Shown in pieces: positions 1-8,691 of a stretch of 64,000 nt of DNA. The stretch lies in assembly GCA_041481535.1 (NCBI GenBank), contig JBGPBZ010000001.1, positions 1,065 to 65,064 of the forward strand, written 5' to 3'. Each line of letters opens with the position of its first letter. Within the stretch, counting starts at the first letter, position 1. This stretch comes from Dehalococcoidia bacterium. GTDB lineage: Bacteria > Chloroflexota > Dehalococcoidia > SM23-28-2 > RBG-16-64-32. The position numbers and the translations under genes are program-made. Below the pieces are notes generated by a model, which was not told where the DNA came from, ran no database searches, and saw nothing but the letters and a program-made list of their open reading frames with translations.

Positions 1-380
1 TCGACAACCGGACGGAGATCTACGGCTCGCAGGGGCTGACGGTCGCGGACATGGGGCGAGGCGCGGCGCTGCAGACGTTCAGCGCGCAGGGGTACGGTTA
101 CGCGGGCGAGAAGTCGCCGTGGACGCGCGGCTGGACGTGGACGGGGTTCGAGGAGGCGTGGAGCTACGGGTTCCCGCAGGAGATCGCGCACTTCGTGGAC
201 TGCATCGAGTCCGGCAAGCAGCCGATGCTGGGCGGCGAAGACGGCCGCGCGGTGCTCGAGATCATTTGCGCGGCGTACTTGTCGGCGCGGACGGGGCGGC
301 GGGAGTCCTTCGAGAGCCTCAGGACGAGCGGGAGATTGGAGCGGACGCGGACGCCGGTGGATTTCTGGCTTAGCGAGTAA
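1..380 (+). CDS. Gfo/Idh/MocA-family oxidoreductase, C-terminal fragment (gene starts upstream of the window)
   Basis: The frame is open from base 3. The C-terminal sequence (GYGYAGEKSPWTRGWTWT, EIAHFVDCIESGKQPM) is typical of the C-terminal alpha/beta domain of Gfo/Idh/MocA dehydrogenases. Confidence 0.55.
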   Translation, partial: DNRTEIYGSQGLTVADMGRGAALQTFSAQGYGYAGEKSPWTRGWTWTGFEEAWSYGFPQEIAHFVDCIESGKQPMLGGEDGRAVLEIICAAYLSARTGRRESFESLRTSGRLERTRTPVDFWLSE

Positions 381-1257
381 CGCTCCTTCGGGCGAGGAAC
401 AATCCTGCGCTAACGGCGGCCAGAAGCGCGAATGCAGCGAGTAGCGGCGCTTTCAGATCCCGGTTGCCGGACGAAGCGGGTACGACGACCGCGCCGCCAA
501 CCGCGTCTGAAGACCACACTACGGACTGAACGTTGCACTGATCGCACCCGGTCAGCTGTGCTTCAAGCAAGTTGCTTAGGCCAACGCACGCGGTTGACCA
601 GACGAACTGCAAGTCCAATGTCGAGATGGCAGTGACCTGCGGAGCGGGGCAGCCCGGTGGATTCTGAAGTATCGATACGATGGACGGCGCGAATGTTGTA
701 TGGGGACCACAGGTACTTCCGCTAGAAAAGTCGATGCAGTACGCAAGAAGCTCGACGCGAAGGGCTGAGACGTAGTGCCCGGTGTCGTTGTGCGGCCAGA
801 CAACCAGTTGGCCGGAAGGCGCCGGGCGTGGCAGCCATTCGTGGGCGGAGAACTGTGGCTGAGTGCAGCTGCAGCCCGTGTCGAACTCGAAAGTGATGGA
901 CGCTCCAGGTGCAAGACAGGCAGTTGGCCAGGTGGCGACGAACTTCGAGTAAAAGGTGCCACCGATTGGGGTGGGCACGGGCGTTGCGGTCGGGAAGCTG
1001 AAATCGATGATGTCAGCCGGTCCGTTCGGGAAGTAATCAATGGCCGGCGTGCCGCAGCCCGGAGCGGCTGTGTTGATCACCTTGGCCTGCGCCTGACCAG
1101 AGAGGTAGACGACGACGCCCGACGCTGTCTCGCCGCTGTCGTTCTGGGCGGAGAAGGACGTGTCGGCGGACGCCGTCTGTGTTGCGAATGCAACGAGGCC
1201 GAGCAGCGCCAGCGTTAGCGCCAGGGCAGCGGACCAGCAGATTCTCGCGTTTTGCAA
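370..1257 (-). CDS. Secreted Cys-rich cell-surface protein, paralog B
   Basis: Likely TTG start at 1257-1255, preceded by GAGGGGG 7 nt upstream. The signal peptide reads MQNARICWSAALALTLALLGLVAFATQTASA. A Cys-rich body carries NPPGCP, FDTGCSC and AHEW motifs shared with the upstream gene. The C-terminus is a hydrophobic helix plus an RR tail (LLAAFALLAAVSAGLFLARR). The ORF-track version (to 1701) overlaps the upstream gene and is probably an over-extension. Confidence 0.5.
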   Translation of the reverse strand: MQNARICWSAALALTLALLGLVAFATQTASADTSFSAQNDSGETASGVVVYLSGQAQAKVINTAAPGCGTPAIDYFPNGPADIIDFSFPTATPVPTPIGGTFYSKFVATWPTACLAPGASITFEFDTGCSCTQPQFSAHEWLPRPAPSGQLVVWPHNDTGHYVSALRVELLAYCIDFSSGSTCGPHTTFAPSIVSILQNPPGCPAPQVTAISTLDLQFVWSTACVGLSNLLEAQLTGCDQCNVQSVVWSSDAVGGAVVVPASSGNRDLKAPLLAAFALLAAVSAGLFLARRSVTR

Positions 1258-1301
1258 ATTACCCCCTCGAGTGGCGTCAGCATACGCCCGTTGGGGTTGT
1301 T

Positions 1302-2444
1302 TTAGTAGTTCGGCGCGCGGCGGGCGAGAGCGAATCCGGCGAAGGCCAGCGCCAGCCCCGCGAGCAGCCAGACGAACAGCCAGCCATGCTTCTCCGTCGC
1401 GGCCCCGCTGTGAGGAAGGGAAGCGGGAGTGATGACGGGCGTCGCCGATGGGTGCGACGTTGCGGTCGGGGAAGACGTCGGAGTTGGCGTGGGGGATGGC
1501 GTCGGCGACTTCGTCTGGCCTGAAGGGGTCGGCGTCGTGAAGGTCCATTCGTGGGCGTAGACCTCGGGCGGGGCGCAAGGCGAGCAGACGTTGGAGAGAT
1601 GGATGGAGAACGTCTCGCCGGGGTCGACGCAAGGGATCGGCCAGGTGATGTAGAGCGGGTCGAGGTTGTTGATGTCGAAGTCGATATTGGGATCCGGGCA
1701 ACCCGGCGGGTTTTCGACAACCATCAGGCCGTCCGTATGGTGCGAGTGGAGGATGAGGCCGCGGGCGATCTTGTTAGTCTCGTTCTGGATCGTGGCGATG
1801 AGGACGGGGTTTGGCGTGGGCGTGGGTGTGTAGTACGGCGAGGGCGGCGGCGTGTCAGTGCCGTTGCGCGGCGTGGGCGTCTGCGGCTCGGGGGTGGGCA
1901 CCGGCTGCGGGTTCTGGCAGCGGTTAGGGTTGAGGACCGCCGGGCTCACGGACGGGGCGGGCTGCCCACTGAGCGTCCAGTAGAAGCAGTTCACGCGGGG
2001 CACGCCGCAACCGGGCTGGGGCGTGACGCAGTGCGCGTCGAGGAAGACGTAGACCTGGTCGCCCGGGTCGATGCAGGGCGTTCCGTAGTTGATGTCGATC
2101 ACGGTGTAGTAGGGTGGGTCGGCGCCGGAGTGGGTGTAGGCGGGGTACGGACAGCCGGACACCGACGCAGCGGGATCGTAGTTGGCGGCTGGGTGATCGA
2201 GAAAGAGGTGCAGGTCGCTGGCGGCGGTGGCCGTGTCGTTGCAGATCAGGATCGAGTAGAAGGGTATCCAGGGAGGCGTGGGCTGGGGCGCAGACGTTAC
2301 GGTCGGCGTGCCGGTGAAGGCCCGGCAGTCTGAGCTGGAGGCCGGGAAGTCCGCCGAGGCATCTCCGGCGTGCTCGGCGATGATCGTGGTGACGAGCGCG
2401 GCACAGACGCCGAGAGCTGCAAGCAGTAGAACCGCGCGAAACAT
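1302..2444 (-). CDS. Secreted Cys-rich cell-surface protein, paralog A (two internal ~100-aa repeats, Pro/Thr linkers, LPHSG plus a C-terminal anchor)
   Basis: Signal peptide MFRAVLLLAALGVCAALV. Two internal repeats carry the P-C-[IV]-D-P-G-[DE] motif (PCIDPGDQVYVFL and PCVDPGETFSIHL). PTPTP linkers separate the domains. The C-terminus has LPHSG, then the hydrophobic WLFVWLLAGLALAFAGFALA, then RRAPNY, which resembles a sortase sorting signal. NPPGCP and AHEW motifs are shared with paralog B. Confidence 0.6.
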   Translation of the reverse strand: MFRAVLLLAALGVCAALVTTIIAEHAGDASADFPASSSDCRAFTGTPTVTSAPQPTPPWIPFYSILICNDTATAASDLHLFLDHPAANYDPAASVSGCPYPAYTHSGADPPYYTVIDINYGTPCIDPGDQVYVFLDAHCVTPQPGCGVPRVNCFYWTLSGQPAPSVSPAVLNPNRCQNPQPVPTPEPQTPTPRNGTDTPPPSPYYTPTPTPNPVLIATIQNETNKIARGLILHSHHTDGLMVVENPPGCPDPNIDFDINNLDPLYITWPIPCVDPGETFSIHLSNVCSPCAPPEVYAHEWTFTTPTPSGQTKSPTPSPTPTPTSSPTATSHPSATPVITPASLPHSGAATEKHGWLFVWLLAGLALAFAGFALARRAPNY

Positions 2445-2556
2445 CGTGACTTCGAACCAATCCTGGACCCGCCGTCAATGCGCGGGCGCGTACAATTTGA
2501 GTGTGACTACGTATACCACGCCCGAGCTTGAATTCCACCCCCCAACGTCGGTGGAC

Positions 2557-3918
2557 ATGCCGTTCATCAGGGAGTTGATCGAGAACGAGCATCTGGACAA
2601 CGAGCGGCTTGAGGCGGAGCAGTTCATCACGCTACAGGATGGCGGTCGCATTCTTGCTTGCGGACGCGTCAAGCCGTACGAGCACACGTACGAACTGGGC
2701 AGCGTCTGCGTCGTCCCGGAGGCCCGCAACCGCGGCCTCGGCGCGCGCATAACGAAGGAGTTGATCCGGCGCTTCCCGCAGGACGAGGTCTACATCACGA
2801 CGGACCAGCGCGTTGGCCTGCCTGCCTACTACGAGAGGCTTGGCTTCCTGCGCACTGAGCTGCTGCCGGAAGAGCTAAAGGCGAAGTGCGAGCGGATCAG
2901 AGCTGCCGGCCTGCGAGACCCCGTCGGGATGATCTACGACCGGAACTACGAGAAGCTCCCGACTCTCGCCGACGTGTATCGCGCGAAGCACTTGCTGGAG
3001 GGGCAGTTGCAGCCAACGCCGCTCGTCCACAACCCAACGATGAGCCGGGAGCTAGGCTTCGAGGCGTACCTGAAGCTGGAGAACCTGCAGCCGATCGGCG
3101 CGTTCAAGGTGCGCGGGGGAATCAACCTCTGCGCGAACCTGGCGGAGGACGAGCACGCGCGCGGGATCGTCGGTGCGTCGACGGGGAACCACGGGCAGTC
3201 ACTCGCTTACGGGGCGAAACTTTGTCACACGCGCTGCGTGATCGCGATGCCGGAGGAGGCGAACCCGCTGAAGGTGGAGTCGATGCGAGCGCTGGGTGCG
3301 GAGGTCGAGTTCCATGGCGCGAACTTCGAGGAGGCGCGTGTATGGGCAGAGGACTTCGCGCGGGAGAACGGGATGCGCTACGTGCACCACGTGAACTCGC
3401 CGGAGCTGGTCGCCGGCGTGGCCACGATGAGCCTTGAGATTGTGGAAGCGCTGCCGGACGTGGACGTGATCGTCACGCCGATCGGCGGTGGTAGCGGCGC
3501 GATCGGGCATCTCATCGTCGCGAAGGCGCTGCGACCGGACGTGCAGGTGATCGGCGTGCAGGCGGCAGGGGCGCCGGCGGTGTACAACTCGTGGCGCGAG
3601 CGCACTCTGCAGAAGGGCCCGATCAACACGGCGGCCGAGGGATTGGCGACGGGGCAGGCGTACTATACGCCGGTGCGGATGTGTATGGAGCGGATGGACG
3701 ACATGCTGCTGGTCTCGGAAGAGGAGATGCGCGCGGCGATGCTGCTGCTGGCGCGGACGGCGCACATCGTGGCGGAGGAGTCGGGCGCGGCGTCCACGGC
3801 GGCTGCGGTCCAGATCGGCGAGAGGCTGCGCGGGAAGAAGGTGGCGATTGTGGTGAGCGGCGGGAACGTGACCTTGGACCACCTGCGACGGGTGCTACTC
3901 ACAGCGGATTTGAGCTGA
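2557..3918 (+). CDS. Fusion protein: N-terminal GNAT acetyltransferase-like domain plus a PLP-dependent threonine/serine dehydratase (threonine ammonia-lyase-like)
   Basis: The GNAT-like motif is GSVCVVPEARNRGLGARITKELI. The fold-type II PLP signature follows (LKLENLQPIGAFKVRGG with the PLP lysine, GASTGNHGQSLAYGA, glycine loop GGGSGAIG). There is no C-terminal ACT domain. The start is uncertain (ATG 2557 or GTG 2551). Confidence 0.7.
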   Translation: MPFIRELIENEHLDNERLEAEQFITLQDGGRILACGRVKPYEHTYELGSVCVVPEARNRGLGARITKELIRRFPQDEVYITTDQRVGLPAYYERLGFLRTELLPEELKAKCERIRAAGLRDPVGMIYDRNYEKLPTLADVYRAKHLLEGQLQPTPLVHNPTMSRELGFEAYLKLENLQPIGAFKVRGGINLCANLAEDEHARGIVGASTGNHGQSLAYGAKLCHTRCVIAMPEEANPLKVESMRALGAEVEFHGANFEEARVWAEDFARENGMRYVHHVNSPELVAGVATMSLEIVEALPDVDVIVTPIGGGSGAIGHLIVAKALRPDVQVIGVQAAGAPAVYNSWRERTLQKGPINTAAEGLATGQAYYTPVRMCMERMDDMLLVSEEEMRAAMLLLARTAHIVAEESGAASTAAAVQIGERLRGKKVAIVVSGGNVTLDHLRRVLLTADLS

Positions 3919-4063
3919 TAAGCGGATTCGCGTGATGGTTGGTTGGGGGAGCGTGGGCGGTGGGAACGCTGCGACTTCGATTCCTCAGTCTTCGCTGGCG
4001 ATTGAGGCGGTCCTTCGATTCCTCCAGACGAACGGGGTGTGACGTCGTAACATACGGCTCGTC

Positions 4064-5407
4064 ATGACTACGCTTCGCGCCGGGGTTGCCAGCGCTGATA
4101 TTACGCCGGCTGTTGGCGGGATGATGGACGGGTATGGCGGGCGGCTGACGCCGTCGCAGGGGGTGCACGATCCGCTTTCGGCGCGCGTGCTGGTGCTCGA
4201 CTACGGCGACGCGGCGTGCGCGATTGTCGGGTGCGACTTGCTCGGTATACACCCGGAGATGACGGCGGAGGTGCGGCGTCGCGCGAAGGCGGCGATTGGT
4301 ATCACGGAGGACGGCGTCGTGCTGGCGGCGATGCACAACCACGCGGGCCCGGTCGGTCTGCGCGCGGGGATGTTCTCGCGGCTGGACGACGCGCTGACGC
4401 AGGCCACGGTGGAGAAGATCATCGCGGCGCTGGAGCAGGCGTGGGCGTCTCGCAAGCCGGTCGCGATCAAGACCGGTGAGACGATCGTCGACACGGTTGG
4501 GATGAACCGCCGCGATCCGGAGTGGCCGAGCGATGCCGTGCTGCGCGTCGTGCTGTTCGACGGTGAGGGCGGGCCGGTTGCGAGCCTGCTGAACTTCGCT
4601 TGCCACGCGACGGTGCTTTCCGGCGCGAACCTGATGCTTTCTGGCGAGTTTCCGGCGGCGGCCTGCCGCATCGTCGAAGCGGCGACGGGAGCAGGCGCGG
4701 TGTACTTGAACGGCGCGTGCGGTGACGTCAACCCGATGTGGATGCGCCAGGACTTCGCCAGCGTGGAGCGCGCGGGGCAGGCCATCGGCGGCGCGGCGGT
4801 GCGGCTCATCGCCGACTTGCGCGCCGCAGGCGAAGGGTTGCGCGCGCACAACATTCGCTGGGACGAGTTTCCGGAGCGGCCGGTCGCCGGTCGCGTCGTG
4901 GAGCCAAAGCTGCGTATTGTGCGGCGGGAGATCGACCTGCCGCTGCGCGAGTTTGAGCCGGACGAGGCGTACGTAGCTCGGATCGAGCAGGCGCGGACGG
5001 AGGCGGACAAGCATCCCGCGTCGTCGCCGCCGCGGCGTGAGGCGATTGCGAAGCTGCAGCGGTTCGGAGGCGAGCGCTGGGCTGCCGCGTGGGCCCGCCG
5101 TAGCGGGGAGTCCGGCACGAGACGGGCCGAGGTGCAGGCGATGTCGCTGGGAGATGGGCTTGGGCTGCTGGCGCTGCCGGGGGAGTTCTTCGCGGAGACG
5201 GGCGCGGTGATCCGGGAGGCGGCCGGGATCGAACAACTGCTGATAGCCTGCTACGCCAACGACTACGTCGGCTACGTCGTCCCGGAGCACGCCTTCGACG
5301 AAGGCGGCTATGAGAGCGGCGTCACATTCTTCGCGGGAGAGGCGGAAGCTATAATCAGAAAAAGCTCGTTGGAGCTTCTATCGGAGGTTAGTCGCGATGG
5401 CGACTGA
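4064..5407 (+). CDS. Neutral/alkaline non-lysosomal ceramidase family protein
   Basis: The N-terminus (ADITPAVGGMMDGYGGR, then HNHAGP) is characteristic of the neutral ceramidase N-terminal domain. The protein is 447 aa. Confidence 0.7.
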   Translation: MTTLRAGVASADITPAVGGMMDGYGGRLTPSQGVHDPLSARVLVLDYGDAACAIVGCDLLGIHPEMTAEVRRRAKAAIGITEDGVVLAAMHNHAGPVGLRAGMFSRLDDALTQATVEKIIAALEQAWASRKPVAIKTGETIVDTVGMNRRDPEWPSDAVLRVVLFDGEGGPVASLLNFACHATVLSGANLMLSGEFPAAACRIVEAATGAGAVYLNGACGDVNPMWMRQDFASVERAGQAIGGAAVRLIADLRAAGEGLRAHNIRWDEFPERPVAGRVVEPKLRIVRREIDLPLREFEPDEAYVARIEQARTEADKHPASSPPRREAIAKLQRFGGERWAAAWARRSGESGTRRAEVQAMSLGDGLGLLALPGEFFAETGAVIREAAGIEQLLIACYANDYVGYVVPEHAFDEGGYESGVTFFAGEAEAIIRKSSLELLSEVSRDGD

Positions 5408-6491
5408 AGGCACATTTGTGTTGGCGGACATCGGCGGGTACACGAAATTCCTGACCGGCGTCGGGATACAGCACGCGAAGGAGGTGACAGAGCACCTCCT
5501 GAACCGCTTGATCAAGTCGACCGACCGCAACTGGAAGGTTGCGAACGTGATGGGCGACTGCGTCTTCTTCTACTCCGAAACGCCCGAGCCGCCGGCGAAT
5601 ACTTTTCGGTTGCTCCGCGGACTGCACGAGGAGTTCCAGGATGCACAGCTCGACATCGCGTCTGGGTCAACGTGTCGGTGCGGCGCCTGCGATCGAACTG
5701 AGGACCTCTCACTGAAGTTCGTAGTGCACGCGGGTGAGTTTGAGGTGCAGAACATCGGCGGGCGCAAGGAGCTGATTGGCCAGGACATCATCGTCGCCAC
5801 TCGGCTCCTCAAGAACTCGGTCCCGGCGCGCGAGTATGTGATCGCCACCCCTGCGGCTCCCGGCGTGGCGGAAGCGTCGGGCGAAGCCGCTCAGCAGGGG
5901 CGCGACGAGCTGGAATCGATCGGGCCGATGGAGTATTCGTACGTGGACCTCGGGCCGGTACGTGACGCCTACCAGAAATCGAAGGCGTTCCACGTGTCGC
6001 CGGAACAGTCCGACCTGACCATCGTCGGAGATATCGACGCGCCGGCGAGCGTCGTCTGGGAGGCGCTGACGACGCTTGAGAAGCGCAAGCTGTGGCAGGT
6101 GACGATCAGCAAGATGGAGCACATCCAGGGTGAGGCCGACTCGGTGGGCGAGGTGCACAGTTGCGTGCACGGCGCAAAGAAGATCGTGCACGCTACCATC
6201 GCGATCGATCCGGAGACGATGCAGCAAACGGAGCGTGCCTGGTTCAGCCCGCCGATCGTGAAGGACATCTACATCACCCTCCAGGCGATCCCGCTCTCCG
6301 AGAACCGGAGCCGCTGCGAACTGCGCGGCATTTTCAAGCCCGCTATCCCCGTCGTCTCGACGCTCCTGCGTCCGGTGTTCATACACATGATGAGGAGCGA
6401 CATCCGGAAAGACTTGGCTGGTCTGAAGGAACTTTGCGAGACGGGCAGGGTCGCCGCGCGGGAAGCGGAAGCCGCGAAATCGGCGGCATGA
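5397..6491 (+). CDS. DUF2652 (nucleotidyl-cyclase-like) domain fused to an SRPBCC/START-like domain
   Basis: FVLADIGGYTKF at the N-terminus is typical of DUF2652. The C-terminal roughly 150 aa resemble a polyketide-cyclase/SRPBCC lipid-binding fold. The start overlaps the ceramidase stop. Confidence 0.65.
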   Translation: MATEGTFVLADIGGYTKFLTGVGIQHAKEVTEHLLNRLIKSTDRNWKVANVMGDCVFFYSETPEPPANTFRLLRGLHEEFQDAQLDIASGSTCRCGACDRTEDLSLKFVVHAGEFEVQNIGGRKELIGQDIIVATRLLKNSVPAREYVIATPAAPGVAEASGEAAQQGRDELESIGPMEYSYVDLGPVRDAYQKSKAFHVSPEQSDLTIVGDIDAPASVVWEALTTLEKRKLWQVTISKMEHIQGEADSVGEVHSCVHGAKKIVHATIAIDPETMQQTERAWFSPPIVKDIYITLQAIPLSENRSRCELRGIFKPAIPVVSTLLRPVFIHMMRSDIRKDLAGLKELCETGRVAAREAEAAKSAA

Positions 6492-6970
6492 GCGGCGACG
6501 GCTGCCTGGCCTGTGAGCTCGCCTCCGGGAAGCAGCCGCTCGTTGGTGGGACGATTCACCGAACGCCACACTGGACGGTGGAGCACTGCGTTGGGCCGCT
6601 CGGTGTCGGCACGCTGATCGTCAAGCCGCTGCGGCACGTGGTGCGCTTCGCTGAGCTGACAACGCCGGAAGCCGCTGAGTTCGGGCAGCTGCTGCACATG
6701 GTCACGCGCGCTCTCGGCGAAGAGCTGGAGCCGGACCAGACGTACATCACAGAGTGGTCGCACGCCGGGTTCGTCGCAGGGCACATCCATTTCGTCGTCC
6801 AGCCGGCTTGGGACGCGAACCGTGAGCGCTTCGAGCGTCCGGGGCCGTTCACTCAGGTCGCGATGTTCGAGTCAAACGTGCCGCTGAACGAGGCGGCGGT
6901 CGTCGCCTTCTGCGATCGCCTGCGGGCGCGAATGGCCAGCGTTCGAGGAAAGAGCGGCGGACAACAGTGA
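6488..6970 (+). CDS. HIT (histidine triad) family hydrolase
   Basis: The histidine triad motif is AGHIHFVVQP. The N-terminus is Cys-rich (CLACE). The ATG at 6488 overlaps the upstream stop (ATGA). Confidence 0.7.
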   Translation: MSGDGCLACELASGKQPLVGGTIHRTPHWTVEHCVGPLGVGTLIVKPLRHVVRFAELTTPEAAEFGQLLHMVTRALGEELEPDQTYITEWSHAGFVAGHIHFVVQPAWDANRERFERPGPFTQVAMFESNVPLNEAAVVAFCDRLRARMASVRGKSGGQQ

Positions 6971-7788
6971 GCAAGCGTGTACTGGTCATCGTCGCGCACG
7001 CGGACGACATGGAGTTCTTCGCAGGCGGCACGATCGCGAAGATGGCGGGCCTCGGCTACGAGATCCGCGAGGTGATCGCAACGAACAACGAACGCGGGAC
7101 GTTCGATCCGGAGTGGAGCGCGCGCTTTACGGCGGACACGCGGCGCGAGGAGGCGCGACGAGGCGCGGCTGTGCTTGGTGTGAACGCTGACGTTGAGTTC
7201 CTCGGGTACGAGGACGGGCGGCTGAGCGAGACGCCGCTCAACGAGCTGCGGGAACGCTGCATGCGCGCGATCCGCCGACACAAGCCGGACGTGTTGTTCA
7301 CGTGGGACGCCTTCGCGCCGTACGAAGAGCATCAGGACCACCGTTCGGTCGGGCTGGCGGCGACGGAAGCGGCGAGCTTCTCGCCCTTCCCGCTGTACCA
7401 CCCGGAGCACCGCGACGAGGGGCTGGAGCCGCACTACGTGGGTGAGCGTTACTACTTCGCGAAGTCACCGCGCGACGCGAACAAGATCGTCGACATCAGC
7501 AAGACGATCGGCACGAAGATTGATGCGCTGTGTGAGCACGTGTGCCAGATGGAGATGACGGTGGCGGAGCTGCAGACGACGCTCGCCGCCTCGGGACTCG
7601 ACATCCCGGCGCTGGCGGACGCTGACCCAAAGAACTACCGCCCGATCATCGAGAGGATGATCAGGGGCTGGGCTGGAGCCGTCGGGCAGCGAGCGGGGTT
7701 CGCGTACGGCGAAGAGTTTCGCCGCGTGAGGTTCAGTGGCGTGGAGCGCTGGGGCCGCGGCACGGTGGAGTTACCGGACGAACTGTGA
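6967..7788 (+). CDS. PIG-L / LmbE family N-acetylglucosaminyl deacetylase
   Basis: VIVAHADDMEFFAGG matches the AHPDDE-type motif, and the downstream HQDH region fits the family. The GTG start overlaps the HIT stop. Confidence 0.75.
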   Translation: MSKRVLVIVAHADDMEFFAGGTIAKMAGLGYEIREVIATNNERGTFDPEWSARFTADTRREEARRGAAVLGVNADVEFLGYEDGRLSETPLNELRERCMRAIRRHKPDVLFTWDAFAPYEEHQDHRSVGLAATEAASFSPFPLYHPEHRDEGLEPHYVGERYYFAKSPRDANKIVDISKTIGTKIDALCEHVCQMEMTVAELQTTLAASGLDIPALADADPKNYRPIIERMIRGWAGAVGQRAGFAYGEEFRRVRFSGVERWGRGTVELPDEL

Positions 7789-8682
7789 TCAGGCCGCGGA
7801 GGCCGCAGTCGCGGGCACGTGCGCTGGCGTCTCGCGGAGCAGGTCAGCGCGCGGTGTCGTCTCCGCCTCGCCGGCCGTCCCGGTGATCTCGCCGCGCTCC
7901 TCGCAGCGCTGGAAGGCCCGGACAACCTCCGGGTCGAACTGCGTCAGCGAGTTGCGGAGGATTTCCTTGATCGCCATCTCGTGCGGCATCTTCTTGCGGT
8001 GCGGCCGGTCGCTCGTCATCGCTGTGTAAGCGTCGACGACCGAGAAGATTCGCGCGCCCAGCGGGATTGCCTCGCCCTTGAGGCCGCGCGGGTAACCCTG
8101 GCCATCGAACCGCTCATGGTGCGAGCGGACGATGTCCCCGCAGTCACGCAGGTGACGGATGCTGTTCAAGAACTCGAAGCCGAATTCCGGGTGGCGCTTC
8201 ATCTGGGCCCACTCCTGCTCGGTCAGCGCGCCGGCCTTGGTGAGGATGCCCTGCGCGATCTCCACCTTGCCGCAGTCTGCGAGGAGGGCGGCCTTCTGTA
8301 GCAAGCACACATCGTCCTTGCGCATGCCCATCTCGGCGGCGAGGATGCCCGCCAGCTGCCGGACGCGCGCGATGTGATCGCCGCGCATGTCGTCGTCCAG
8401 CTCCAGCGCCGTCGTCAGAGAGCCGATCACGGCGTCGTACTTGTCGCGCGAGTTCTGAATGACCCGCTCGGCACTCTTGTTCGCGGTCTGCAGGCGCCGC
8501 AGCGCGATGTACAGGGCCGCCCACAGCCCGAGGGCCACGGCGACAACCGCTGCGGTCGCGCTGATAAGCAGCGTCACTGCTGCCAAAACGCCGCACACGG
8601 CGGCGACTCTCAGAACCAGCAGAACGGCCCCTACGTAGGGCCGCCTGCGCCCAGGCTTCTTGTTCTTAGACTTGGCTGTCAT
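7789..8682 (-). CDS. Membrane-anchored HD-GYP domain c-di-GMP phosphodiesterase
   Basis: The N-terminus has 2 TM helices. The HD-GYP signature reads HHERFDGQGYPRGL. GGGAGG lies 4 nt upstream of the ATG at 8682. Confidence 0.8.
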   Translation of the reverse strand: MTAKSKNKKPGRRRPYVGAVLLVLRVAAVCGVLAAVTLLISATAAVVAVALGLWAALYIALRRLQTANKSAERVIQNSRDKYDAVIGSLTTALELDDDMRGDHIARVRQLAGILAAEMGMRKDDVCLLQKAALLADCGKVEIAQGILTKAGALTEQEWAQMKRHPEFGFEFLNSIRHLRDCGDIVRSHHERFDGQGYPRGLKGEAIPLGARIFSVVDAYTAMTSDRPHRKKMPHEMAIKEILRNSLTQFDPEVVRAFQRCEERGEITGTAGEAETTPRADLLRETPAHVPATAASAA

Positions 8683-8691
8683 CGGTCCTCC

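Noticed and set aside
2278-2556. Upstream extension of the GNAT-dehydratase ORF to 2278 (MGWGADV...)
   Set aside because: It overlaps the convergent Cys-rich protein gene by more than 160 bp, and the conserved GNAT N-terminus begins at MPFIREL.
3899-5290. Long minus-strand ORF (463 aa), Arg/Pro-rich
   Set aside because: It lies antisense to the well-supported ceramidase gene. Its composition (RRRR, PRQ repeats) is typical of shadow ORFs in high-GC DNA, and it has no RBS or domain.
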